Shown here piece after piece: positions 28,580 through 37,841 of a stretch of DNA of 64,000 nt (position 1 is the stretch's first letter; the number at the start of each line of letters is the position of its first letter). The stretch lies in contig SCQF01000053.1 of NCBI GenBank assembly GCA_004321905.1, forward strand, positions 39,192 to 103,191, given 5' to 3'. The position numbers and the translations under genes were made by a program. The notes beneath the pieces are model-generated. The model worked only from the letters and a program-made list of their open reading frames with translations, was not told where the DNA came from and did not search any database. This DNA comes from Verrucomicrobiota bacterium (lineage in GTDB: Bacteria; Verrucomicrobiota; Kiritimatiellia; CAIQIC01).

Positions 28580-29695
28580 ATGAAAATATTCCGAACACAA
28601 CTCTGCGCTTTCCAAACCTTGGAAATTAGGCACGCCACTTTTTCCAAGGCTTGGAAACGCCTCGCGGTCACCTTGATGGCCACGTTCCCGCTTGTTGCCG
28701 CGCCGCCCGCGCCAACGCCCCAACCGATTCCGAACGACACGACACCGGATGCTGACGCCTTGTTTGCCAGGTTGTTCGCCAATCCAAAACCTGCGCTCAA
28801 GATCACTCCTCAAGAAGGCATTGGCTTTGACGATCCGCAACATAGCTTCCAAGACCCCAGCAACGTCATCAAGGTCGGCGACACCTATTATGTCTGGCTC
28901 TCGTGGCGGCCGCTGGATGTGCATGTCTATAACTCGGTGATCCATTACGCCACATCCAAGGACGGCAAAAAGTGGACGCAGCAAGGCCTCGCGCTCGGTA
29001 AGGGCGCGCCGGGCCGTTGGGATGATTTCGGCGTGCTGACGCCCTACGTCGCGGAAGCCAACGGGAAGTTCTACCTGTTCTATACGGGGGCCGATCGGAA
29101 TTTCTTCAAGGGCAGTGGCAATGCCATCGGTCTGGCCGTCGCGGATAAACCCGAAGGCCCGTGGACGCGCGTTTCTGACCAACCGGTGCTCGCGCCACCA
29201 ACCAATCCGAAGGCATGGGACAGCCATATCAATGATGACGCGCACGTCATCAAGCGCGACGGAAAGTATTGGCTGTATTACAAAGGCCATCCGAGCGGCA
29301 AGCATTGGACCTTGACACAACAAGGCGTGGCTATCGCCGACAAAATCGAAGGACCGTATGTGAAATATACCGGCAACCCGGTCATCAAGAGCGGGCATTG
29401 CTGTTGCGTCTGGCCGCACGCGGATGGCGTCGCCGCCATCGCCGACATCCCCAAAGAACTGCTTTGGGCCAAGGACGGTCTGCATTTTGTCGTGGTGAAA
29501 AAGGGCGGCTATCCCGGTGCTGGCCCCGGGCCGTATGACCCCGACGCACACACCGATACGAAATTCGGTCACGGCATCACGTGGGGTGTCACGCAATTCG
29601 GCCAGCCGACGCTGGACAGCAAAGATCGCTCGGTGGTCGCACGTTTTGATATGGATTTGCGCGCACGCAGCGACGCAGAAAAGGAAATAAAATGA
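28580..29695 (+). CDS. Secreted GH117/GH43-like five-bladed propeller glycosidase
   Basis: GGAG RBS, ATG 28580; FQDPSNVIKVGDTYYVW, IHYATSKDG..W, NDDAHVIKRDGKYWLYYKG, GVAIADKIEGPY.K..GNPV. Confidence 0.8.
   Translation: MKIFRTQLCAFQTLEIRHATFSKAWKRLAVTLMATFPLVAAPPAPTPQPIPNDTTPDADALFARLFANPKPALKITPQEGIGFDDPQHSFQDPSNVIKVGDTYYVWLSWRPLDVHVYNSVIHYATSKDGKKWTQQGLALGKGAPGRWDDFGVLTPYVAEANGKFYLFYTGADRNFFKGSGNAIGLAVADKPEGPWTRVSDQPVLAPPTNPKAWDSHINDDAHVIKRDGKYWLYYKGHPSGKHWTLTQQGVAIADKIEGPYVKYTGNPVIKSGHCCCVWPHADGVAAIADIPKELLWAKDGLHFVVVKKGGYPGAGPGPYDPDAHTDTKFGHGITWGVTQFGQPTLDSKDRSVVARFDMDLRARSDAEKEIK
28609..28657. repeat. TTCCAA-N3-TTGGAA pair inside signal-peptide coding region
   Basis: Cores at 28612 and 28644 (32 bp); encodes FQTLE...FSKAWK. 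Confidence 0.92.
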
Positions 29696-32286
29696 ACAAC
29701 GCATCAACAAAAAATAGCTGTTTCCAAGGTTTGGAAAAACCACACCGTAGAGTTTCCAAGGCTTGGAAACTCCTCGTGGTCACCTTGATGGCCACGTTCC
29801 CGCTTGTTGCCGCGCCGCCCGCGTCCCCTCCCCAGCCGATCCCGAATGATACGACGCCGGATGCGGAGGCGTTATTCGCCAAGTTGTTCGCCAATCCGAA
29901 ACCGGAACGCAAAGTCAGTGTCAACGAGGGGATCGGTTATGACGATCTGCAACACAGTTTTCAAGACCCCAGCAACGTGATCAAGGTGGGCGATACCTAC
30001 TATGTCTGGGTTTCCTGGCGGCCGTTGGATGTACATCTTTACAATTCGGTGATCCACTATGCCACGTCCAAAGACGGAAAGAAATGGGAACAGAAAGGTC
30101 TCGCGCTTGGCAAGGGGCCGGAAGGCAGTTGGGATGATTGGGGGGTGTTGACGCCCTACGTTGCAGAAGCCAACGGGCGGTTCTACATGTTCTACACCGG
30201 CGCGGACCGGAATTTTCTCAAGGGGAGTGTCAACGCGATCGGTCTGGCGGTGGCCGACAAACCCGAAGGTCCGTGGACGCGCGTTTTCGACAAGCCTGTG
30301 CTCGCGCCGTCGGGCAATCCAAAGGACTGGGATAACCAAATGAACGACGACGCGCATGTCATCAAACGTGATGGAAAATATTGGCTCTACTTCAAAGGCC
30401 ATCAAAGGGGAAGGAAGTGGTTTTTGACACAGCAGGGTGTCGCGACCGCGGACAAGATAGAAGGGCCGTATGTGAAATATGAAGGCAATCCGGTGATCAA
30501 GAGCGGGCATTGTGTGTGCGTCTGGCCACACAAGGAAGGCGTGGCCGCCATCGCCGACATCCCTGGAGAAATTCTCTGGGCCAAGGACGGATTGCATTTT
30601 GTCGTGGTTAACAAGGGAGTTTGGCGTGGCGGGGCCGGCCCTGGTCCTTATGATCCCGATGCCCACACGGACACCAAGTCGGGCAGCGGAATCACATGGG
30701 GCGTCATCCAGTGTGGAGATCCATCCGCCGACAATAAAAAACGCAATGTGATTGCGCGTTTCGACTTGGATCTGCGGGCGCGTGAACCCGGCACGAATCC
30801 AGCCCCTGCCGTGTCAACGAGCAACACCGTGCCACCTGAAAACATAGTGCTCAATTTTCACCTCATGCATCCCGGCGGCGACAGTAACCCCGGCGATCCA
30901 AATGCCGCCTTCTATCTCGATGACGTTTATCATCTCCACTACATCCTCGCGCATCCGTGGCACGGCAAGACTTCGTTCTCCTTCGTTCACGTGACCAGCC
31001 CGGACATGCTGCATTGGACGTGGCAGAAAACGACGTTACAACCGGCCTTTACGGGCCACGGGATGTTCAGCGGCACCGGCTTTCTTACGAAGGAAGGCAA
31101 GCCGGCCATTATCTATCAAGGGCAGGCCTCGGGCCGGAACCAGATCGCGCTCGCGAAAGACCGGCAACTGGCGGCGTGGGAGCCGCCTTACCCCGTCGAG
31201 GTCAAGACGTCCGACGGCAAGGTGGCGAAGATCGGGTTTTGGGACCCGGATTGCTTTCGTATCGGCGATACCTACTATGCCATTTCGGGCGAAGAAAATC
31301 CACCGCTGATGAAATCCAAGGACCTGAAAAATTGGACCTTGGTGGGGGATTTCCTCCGGCACAACATGCCGGATGTGACTTGTGGAGAGGACATTTCATG
31401 CGCCAACTTCTTCCCGCTCGGCAACAAATGGATGCTGCTGTGCATTAGCCATGCGCTCGGCTGCCGCTACTATCTCGGCGAGTGGAACGAAAAAGCCGAG
31501 CAGTTCGTTCCAGAAAAACATGGCCGCATGAACTGGCGCAGGGACGGGCAAAGCATCTACGGTCGGCCACCATGGCGGGTTGATTTCTTTGCGCCGGAAA
31601 GTCTGCTCACCCCGGATGGCCGCCGCGTCATGTGGGCCTGGCTTGCGACCATCGGCATGAATGACGGAAAAATGAGCAGCCAAACCATCCAGTCGCTGCC
31701 CCGCGAGTTGAGCTTGCCGTCCGATGGCAACTTACGCCTCAAACCCCTGCGCGAACTTGAAGCGCTCCGTTTCGATCCCGTGACCCTCAACGACATCAAA
31801 ATTGGTGAACTCACCAAGGCCGTGATCCCGACCACGGCTCCCGTCGGGAAAAAGATTACCACACTGGACGGCGATGCCATTGAGGTTCGCATTACCGTTG
31901 CGCGTGAGCAGGCCGCGCGAAAACTCTTCGGATTCACGCTCTTTGCGGACGGCAAAGGTGGCGGACTACCCATCATGTTCCGCCCCGAAACCGGCACGCT
32001 ACGCGTCGGTACCGCCGAGGCGCCATTTATGATTAACGATCTACCCGCAGGCGAAGATGTGGAATTACGCATCTTCATAGACAAATATCTCGTCGAAGTC
32101 TTTGTCAATGACCGTCAAGCCATCGTCGCCAGCTATGCAGATTACCTCGGCAAGCCCGACCTCAGCGCCTTCACCGTCGGCGCTCCCACGACGATCAAGA
32201 AACTTGAAATTTGGAAACTCAAGCCTACCATCCAAGGCTTCCGCGAAGCGCAGCAGAACCGTATTTGGGAACCCTGCGTGAATTAA
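29692..32286 (+). CDS. Secreted GH117-like plus GH32-like fusion glycosidase
   Basis: ATGA overlap with the upstream gene; N-half is a close paralog of 28580-29695; C-half has GDPNAAF..YHLHY, MFSGTG, WDPD, QSLPREL, LRIFIDKYLVEVF. Confidence 0.85.
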   Translation: MNNASTKNSCFQGLEKPHRRVSKAWKLLVVTLMATFPLVAAPPASPPQPIPNDTTPDAEALFAKLFANPKPERKVSVNEGIGYDDLQHSFQDPSNVIKVGDTYYVWVSWRPLDVHLYNSVIHYATSKDGKKWEQKGLALGKGPEGSWDDWGVLTPYVAEANGRFYMFYTGADRNFLKGSVNAIGLAVADKPEGPWTRVFDKPVLAPSGNPKDWDNQMNDDAHVIKRDGKYWLYFKGHQRGRKWFLTQQGVATADKIEGPYVKYEGNPVIKSGHCVCVWPHKEGVAAIADIPGEILWAKDGLHFVVVNKGVWRGGAGPGPYDPDAHTDTKSGSGITWGVIQCGDPSADNKKRNVIARFDLDLRAREPGTNPAPAVSTSNTVPPENIVLNFHLMHPGGDSNPGDPNAAFYLDDVYHLHYILAHPWHGKTSFSFVHVTSPDMLHWTWQKTTLQPAFTGHGMFSGTGFLTKEGKPAIIYQGQASGRNQIALAKDRQLAAWEPPYPVEVKTSDGKVAKIGFWDPDCFRIGDTYYAISGEENPPLMKSKDLKNWTLVGDFLRHNMPDVTCGEDISCANFFPLGNKWMLLCISHALGCRYYLGEWNEKAEQFVPEKHGRMNWRRDGQSIYGRPPWRVDFFAPESLLTPDGRRVMWAWLATIGMNDGKMSSQTIQSLPRELSLPSDGNLRLKPLRELEALRFDPVTLNDIKIGELTKAVIPTTAPVGKKITTLDGDAIEVRITVAREQAARKLFGFTLFADGKGGGLPIMFRPETGTLRVGTAEAPFMINDLPAGEDVELRIFIDKYLVEVFVNDRQAIVASYADYLGKPDLSAFTVGAPTTIKKLEIWKLKPTIQGFREAQQNRIWEPCVN
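29721..29769. repeat. TTCCAA-N3-TTGGAA pair inside signal-peptide coding region
   Basis: Cores at 29724 and 29756 (32 bp); encodes FQGLE...VSKAWK. Confidence 0.92.
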
Positions 32287-32326
32287 GCAAGCAAGACCGT
32301 GCGAAGAAAAACAAAGGTGTTACAAA

Positions 32327-33907
32327 ATGAAAAGAAGATCGTTCATAAAAGGGTTGACCGCTGGAACGATGACCCTGCCTTTTGCGTTGAAGGGCTTGGT
32401 ACAGGGCAACGGCAGCCAGTCCGCGCCTAACTTTCTGGTGATCTGTTGCGATGCGCTCCAGTCCTATGCACTGGCCTGTAACGGCAACCCGGATGTAAAG
32501 ACCCCAAACATCGACCGATTGGCCCGCGAGGGCTGTACCTTCCGTCGCGCCTATTGCAATAATTCGGTCTGTATGCCGGCCCGCTCGACCATGCTCACCG
32601 GGCTTTATCCCCGGCAGCACGGCTGCATCACCAACGGAACCAAACTACCGCCAGCAGTCCCAACGCTGCCCCAGGTGCTTGCCCGGCATGGTTACCGCAC
32701 CCATGCGGTGGGCAAACTCCATCTACAGCCCTGGTCAACGCAAGATTCTTCCGAATCTCTACAGGGGTGGATGAGTGGTTCCATCACAGCACTGCCGAAA
32801 AACTATTACGGCTTCCAATCTTCCGACTTTGTGGGCGGACATGTGAGCTATTGTTTCGGCGACTATACAAACGAACTTCGCAAAACCCATCCGGGTGTTT
32901 TTGAACAATACAGCCGGAGCCGTGCCCCGTGGAGATCGGAAGGAAACAGTCAGACGTGGAAGACCGATGTACCGCCGGAGTTGCATTACAACACTTGGAT
33001 CGCGGAAAAGACGATCGGGTTTATGGAAGCATGTAATCGGGAGCCATTTTTTGTCTGGTGCTCCTTCCCCGATCCGCACATGCCCTTCGCCGCGAGTAAG
33101 CCCTATGCGGATATGTATGACCCCGGAAAACTTCATGTTGATCCGACGGCCTTTGAACCGCATCCGGAGCCGGAGACCCTGCAGCGGCGCCGCGAGTTTT
33201 TCAGTAAACAGTATGTGTTTGATGAGAAAACCTTACGCGAGATAGCCGCCGAGTACTATGGCATGATCAGCCACATTGATGCCAGTATCGGAAGAATCCT
33301 CGACGCGTTGGAGAAAAATAGGCTACAGGAGAATACCATTGTGGTTTTCATTGCCGACCATGGCGAATATCTCGGTTCGCATCACCTGCTCTACAAGGCC
33401 GAGTGGATGTACGAAGAACTGGTGCGCATCCCCATGATCTGGCGGGTTCCGCAAGCAATCCAGCCCGGGAAGGGTTCCGAGAGTGTAGTCAGTCAGGTTG
33501 ATCTGGTGCCGACGATCATTGACTATGCCGGCCTATCAACGTCGGAATTTGACACGCGCGGTGACTATAAGTCCAATGCGTTGACACTTCCGGGGCGTTC
33601 CTTGAAGCCGTTTCTCTCCAACGGAGTGCCGCTGGGAAACAAGCCGGCGTTCCTGGAATATGACGAAGACTGGTATCCAGGCGAATTCTATCGGGTGCGT
33701 ACACTGATCGGTCCGCAGTATAAGCTGATTGTCTATACCCATACCGGTGGCGGGCAACTGTTCGATCTACAGAACGACCCCCATGAACGGAAAAACCTTT
33801 GGGATAACACAGACTACAGCACGGTAAAGGCGCAAATGATGGAGGCTTTACTGCGCGAAGCCTCAACCTATGACCGTGAAGATCAGCGGCGATGGTGCGG
33901 AGCCTAG
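32327..33907 (+). CDS. Tat-exported Cys-type (S1) sulfatase
   Basis: MKRRSFIK twin-arginine leader; CMPARSTMLTG (CxPxR), GKLH, DPH, ADHGE. Confidence 0.92.
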   Translation: MKRRSFIKGLTAGTMTLPFALKGLVQGNGSQSAPNFLVICCDALQSYALACNGNPDVKTPNIDRLAREGCTFRRAYCNNSVCMPARSTMLTGLYPRQHGCITNGTKLPPAVPTLPQVLARHGYRTHAVGKLHLQPWSTQDSSESLQGWMSGSITALPKNYYGFQSSDFVGGHVSYCFGDYTNELRKTHPGVFEQYSRSRAPWRSEGNSQTWKTDVPPELHYNTWIAEKTIGFMEACNREPFFVWCSFPDPHMPFAASKPYADMYDPGKLHVDPTAFEPHPEPETLQRRREFFSKQYVFDEKTLREIAAEYYGMISHIDASIGRILDALEKNRLQENTIVVFIADHGEYLGSHHLLYKAEWMYEELVRIPMIWRVPQAIQPGKGSESVVSQVDLVPTIIDYAGLSTSEFDTRGDYKSNALTLPGRSLKPFLSNGVPLGNKPAFLEYDEDWYPGEFYRVRTLIGPQYKLIVYTHTGGGQLFDLQNDPHERKNLWDNTDYSTVKAQMMEALLREASTYDREDQRRWCGA

Positions 33908-33934
33908 CGCTGCCCCTGTGCGAAGGAAAAAGAA

Positions 33935-36900
33935 ATGAAAACAGTAAACAGCATGCGCCCGCGTTTCTGCCAAAGCTTGGAAGCCCCATGCGGTGTTTTT
34001 TCCAAGGCTTGGAACGCCCTTGTTTTCGCGCTCATCGCGATGGTGCCGATCTTTGCCGCGGCACCATTTAACGATGCTGCCGTGGTTTGGAATTTCACCA
34101 ACGAAAAGGATTCGGCGCAAAAATTTCCGCTGACCATTCACGGTAACGTACAATTAGGTGTTGGTTTGACAGCCGCCGCGCGCGCGGCATCGCTGGCGCG
34201 CGGTGGCGATGGCAAAGTGGCGCAATTTGACGGTGGCTATCTGGAGATTGGCGGGCCAGCCTTTGATCCACCCGGCGGAGAGTTCACGTTGTTGCTGCGC
34301 GTGCGGGATCCGCAGGGCGAGTGGAACGCACCGCTCTTTGGCAGCTACGGCGGTGACGGCGCGGTAAGTTTGTATCTGCATGGCGTGGATGGCGCGACGC
34401 TGCCGTTCGAGGACTACAACTACGGCGGCGGAAAAATGACCACGCCCGCCGCGTGGATGTTCGGCTGGCCGGAAGGCCCGCGGGCGATCCATGGCTCGCG
34501 TGGCGTGCTGGAGTTCCTTTGGGGCGCGAAGAATTGGCCGGTGCCTTTCGCGAAAATGCACATGCTGCCGCCCAAAAACCTGCCCAACTTGGAATCTGTG
34601 CCGCTCTATAGCGACGCGAAGAACGCCGTCATGCGCATCATGTTTCCGATGGAACCGCTGGGGCCGCGCGATTGGCACGATGTGATCGTGCGAGGCACGG
34701 GGCCGAAGTTACAACTCTGGATAGACGGCGTACTGCTCGATGAAGAATTTCCCCGCGGCACCACGCGGCCCGCGACCACGCCAAGATTTTTTGGCGCTGC
34801 ACAACTGGCCGATGGCCAGTTGCTCTCCGGCTTTCACGGGCAGATGGATCACGCGGCGCTATGGCATCGCGCCGTCACCGACGCAGAAATCGCCGCATTG
34901 AGCGGCGGTGAGAAATTATCGAAGCAGCGCGAACTGGCCGTGCTCGGCGCGCCGCCGGAACGAATGCAGTATTACCGACCCAGTGGCCACAATCTGAAGC
35001 CGGGCGATTGCATCCCGTGGTTTCACGATGGAACGTTCCACCTATTTTATCTGAACTTGCGACGCAACATGCACAGTAAATGGGACGGCGGTCACGGCGG
35101 ACTGGAGATCATGCATGCCTCGACTCGTGATTTGATCACATGGCGGCATCATCCGGTCGTTGCACCAATCTCCGAACCATGGGAGACGTGGAATGGCACC
35201 GGCGCGGCGGTATATCACGACGGGAAGTATTGGATGTTCTACCCCACCCCGGATTACTACGGCGACCACGGCGGCATTCAACTGGTCACCAGTCCGGATG
35301 GCGAACAGTGGACCAAGCAGTATCCGCATCCCTTTCTACCCGGCGGCGATTGCGAAATCTTCCCCGATCCCGATCCGGGCAAAAAACTTTTCCATATGAT
35401 CAAAATCGGCAAGACCTTTGGCAACACATTGCCAGAATTGAAGGATAAAACCCTGGTGGCATGGGTTTCGCCTGCCGATCTGGATCAGCATGGCGCGGGC
35501 ATACTGACTTTGGAAAGCAAGGCAGGACCTTTCGATTCGTTGGTCTTCGGCGAGTGCGTGCCACGGCGTTGGATGGCCGGCAGCGAGAACCTACAGCGCA
35601 CGCAGAAGGATCAGCAAAAGAATACGGAAGAGACGGCGAAAGCCGGCGAGTGGGTTCAGGTTGCCGCGGTTTATGCCGGCAAGACGGTTACGCTCTATCG
35701 CAACGGCGCACGCTATGCACAGTATGGTGTTGAGCAACCGCTGCACTTTGATGCTGGCGCGCGAATTCTGATCGGTCTGCGGCATTTCGCCATGCAGGAT
35801 GACGCCAAGGCGCACTTCCACGGTGCGATTGCCGATGCCCGCGTGTACAACGTGACATTAACCGATGCACAAATTGCGAAATTGCGCCCACATGAAGCCG
35901 CTGGCCCGAAGCCACTGGTCTGGTTCGATTTCAAAGCCGGCAATACCAGCGACCGCGCTGGTTTGCTCGCATCCGCCGAACTTAAAGGTGGCGCGGTGGT
36001 GTGCGACGGACGGTTGGTGCTCAACGGCGAAAAAGCCTATCTGGGGAGCAGCGGTCAGAAAGTAACGCTGGCGCATTGGATTTCGGAAGACCTCAAGGAT
36101 TGGAAGGAACTACCCGATCCGTTCTTGGAAACCGATGCGAACATCCACCCACAGATGTGCCCGAATTGGTTCCAGTGGAACGACTGGTATTATTTTGTCG
36201 GGGGTGGTGGTTACATCTGGAGATCGAAACAACCTTATGGTCCATGGACGATGCAATCACCCAGTCAGGTGGATTCGCTCGCCGTGCCGAAGGCGGCTGA
36301 ATTCCCCGGCAACCGCCGCATCTACGCGGGCTGGATGGGCGATGGCGGCTTCGGTGGCAACCTTGTTTTGCGTGACTTGGTGCAGTTCGAGGACGGTACG
36401 CTTGGCACCAAATTTGTGCCGGAAATGATTCCGCCCACCGGCGCACCAATCACGTTGAAAGAAACGGAACGCAACGCCCGGCTCGAAGCAAAATCAGGCC
36501 GCCAGCAAATCCTGCTCGACAATGTCCCCAATAATGCGCGCATCACGCTGACGATCGAACCGCAAGGCGTGATGAAAGCCTGCGGCTTGCGGCTGCGCAC
36601 CACCGATGGCGAACACGATGGCACGGAGTTCCGCCTCGACCCCCGCACCGCTCGCGCCTCCTATTCGCACAGCACGCACAGTGGCAGTGGCGGTCCGCTT
36701 GCCGGTGGCCGATCCATCGGCGGACTGCGCGGTCTCGGTAAGCCTGTGCAACTCGACGTCATTTGTCGCCACGATGTCGTGGATGTGGAAGTGGATGGAC
36801 GCCACACACTGGCCGGTTATTTTTGGAATCCAAAAGGCAACAAGCTCGGCATCTGGGTTGAAGGCGGCACGCTGCTCGTACGCGACGTGACGATCCGTCC

Positions 36901-36955
36901 GCTGCTTGAACAATTTGCGCCCGGCGCAATCCATACGCCGGAAATCAAAAAATAA
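33935..36955 (+). CDS. Secreted LamG plus GH32-like protein with a second LamG inserted in the propeller
   Basis: AAGGA RBS; LamG (FHGQMDHAALW), GDCIPWFHDGTFHLFY, internal DKTLVAWV...FHGAIADARVY, then resumes HWISEDLKDW...CPNWF. Confidence 0.82.
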   Translation: MKTVNSMRPRFCQSLEAPCGVFSKAWNALVFALIAMVPIFAAAPFNDAAVVWNFTNEKDSAQKFPLTIHGNVQLGVGLTAAARAASLARGGDGKVAQFDGGYLEIGGPAFDPPGGEFTLLLRVRDPQGEWNAPLFGSYGGDGAVSLYLHGVDGATLPFEDYNYGGGKMTTPAAWMFGWPEGPRAIHGSRGVLEFLWGAKNWPVPFAKMHMLPPKNLPNLESVPLYSDAKNAVMRIMFPMEPLGPRDWHDVIVRGTGPKLQLWIDGVLLDEEFPRGTTRPATTPRFFGAAQLADGQLLSGFHGQMDHAALWHRAVTDAEIAALSGGEKLSKQRELAVLGAPPERMQYYRPSGHNLKPGDCIPWFHDGTFHLFYLNLRRNMHSKWDGGHGGLEIMHASTRDLITWRHHPVVAPISEPWETWNGTGAAVYHDGKYWMFYPTPDYYGDHGGIQLVTSPDGEQWTKQYPHPFLPGGDCEIFPDPDPGKKLFHMIKIGKTFGNTLPELKDKTLVAWVSPADLDQHGAGILTLESKAGPFDSLVFGECVPRRWMAGSENLQRTQKDQQKNTEETAKAGEWVQVAAVYAGKTVTLYRNGARYAQYGVEQPLHFDAGARILIGLRHFAMQDDAKAHFHGAIADARVYNVTLTDAQIAKLRPHEAAGPKPLVWFDFKAGNTSDRAGLLASAELKGGAVVCDGRLVLNGEKAYLGSSGQKVTLAHWISEDLKDWKELPDPFLETDANIHPQMCPNWFQWNDWYYFVGGGGYIWRSKQPYGPWTMQSPSQVDSLAVPKAAEFPGNRRIYAGWMGDGGFGGNLVLRDLVQFEDGTLGTKFVPEMIPPTGAPITLKETERNARLEAKSGRQQILLDNVPNNARITLTIEPQGVMKACGLRLRTTDGEHDGTEFRLDPRTARASYSHSTHSGSGGPLAGGRSIGGLRGLGKPVQLDVICRHDVVDVEVDGRHTLAGYFWNPKGNKLGIWVEGGTLLVRDVTIRPLLEQFAPGAIHTPEIKK
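33964..34014. repeat. TTCCAA-N3-TTGGAA pair inside signal-peptide coding region
   Basis: Cores at 33970 and 34002 (32 bp); encodes FCQSLE...FSKAWN. Confidence 0.88.
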
Positions 36956-36962
36956 ACGCCGG

Positions 36963-37010
36963 TTTCCAAGGCTTGAAAAAGGGTCGTTTCTTTTTTCCAA
37001 GCCTTGGAAA
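36963..37010. repeat. TTCCAA-N3-TTGGAA palindrome pair
   Basis: Cores at 36966 and 36997 (31 bp). Confidence 0.88.
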
Positions 37011-37049
37011 CCGCGTGCCATTTCGCGCCATTCGTGGTTTATTCCTCCG

Positions 37050-37787
37050 GTGCTGCAACAAACTTTTTGTCATTTACCGGGCATCGGCACGACGACGGAG
37101 CGTCGCCTGTGGCGCGAAGGCATTCGCGATTGGCCGACGCTGATTACGGAAGGCCACCGGCTACTCCATGCCGGACGTGTTGACGCGGTTTGCCGCGTGG
37201 CGGAAGAAACCATCGCGCGCTTCGAGCGCCGCGACTGGACGTGGTTCGATGCCACCCTACCCTCCGCCGTCAAGTGGCGTGCGTTTGGCGAACTCGGCCA
37301 GCACGCGCTTTACGTGGATATCGAAACCGATGGCGGCTTTGGTGCAGAGGCGATCACCGTCATCGGGGCCTTTGATGGTGTGGCGACGCATATGTTTGTG
37401 GCCGACCGTAATCTGGAAGCAGCGCGTGAGTTGATCGAAGCCCACCCGTTGGTGGTCACGTTCAACGGTCAAGCGTTCGATATGCCGCTGATTCACGAAC
37501 GGTTCCGCCACAATCTTTTTAACCACATCCATGTTGATCTGCGCTTTCCATTGCGCAAGTTGGGACTGCATGGCGGATTGAAACTCATCGAGCAAATAGT
37601 CGGACTGGAGCGGGCTTTGCAAACACAGGGCCTGGATGGTTGGGCTGCGGTACGGCTATGGCAGGAATGGCAGGCCGGCAGTGCTGCTGCGTTGGACTTG
37701 TTGCTGGCCTATAATCGCGAAGACGTGGTCAATCTGGCTCCGCTAATGCGGCTGGCTTTCGACCGCTTGAAAAGCTCATCACCTTAG
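37050..37787 (+). CDS. YprB-like RNase H-fold (DEDD) exonuclease
   Basis: TFCHLPGIG...E..LW..GI, LYVDIETDG, VTFNGQAFD, GGLK.IE, YNREDV. Confidence 0.85.
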   Translation: MLQQTFCHLPGIGTTTERRLWREGIRDWPTLITEGHRLLHAGRVDAVCRVAEETIARFERRDWTWFDATLPSAVKWRAFGELGQHALYVDIETDGGFGAEAITVIGAFDGVATHMFVADRNLEAARELIEAHPLVVTFNGQAFDMPLIHERFRHNLFNHIHVDLRFPLRKLGLHGGLKLIEQIVGLERALQTQGLDGWAAVRLWQEWQAGSAAALDLLLAYNREDVVNLAPLMRLAFDRLKSSSP

Positions 37788-37841
37788 CGGCGCTTACCGC
37801 TTTTGCCTTGCCACCCGCGATTAACCCGGCAGAATGCCCAC

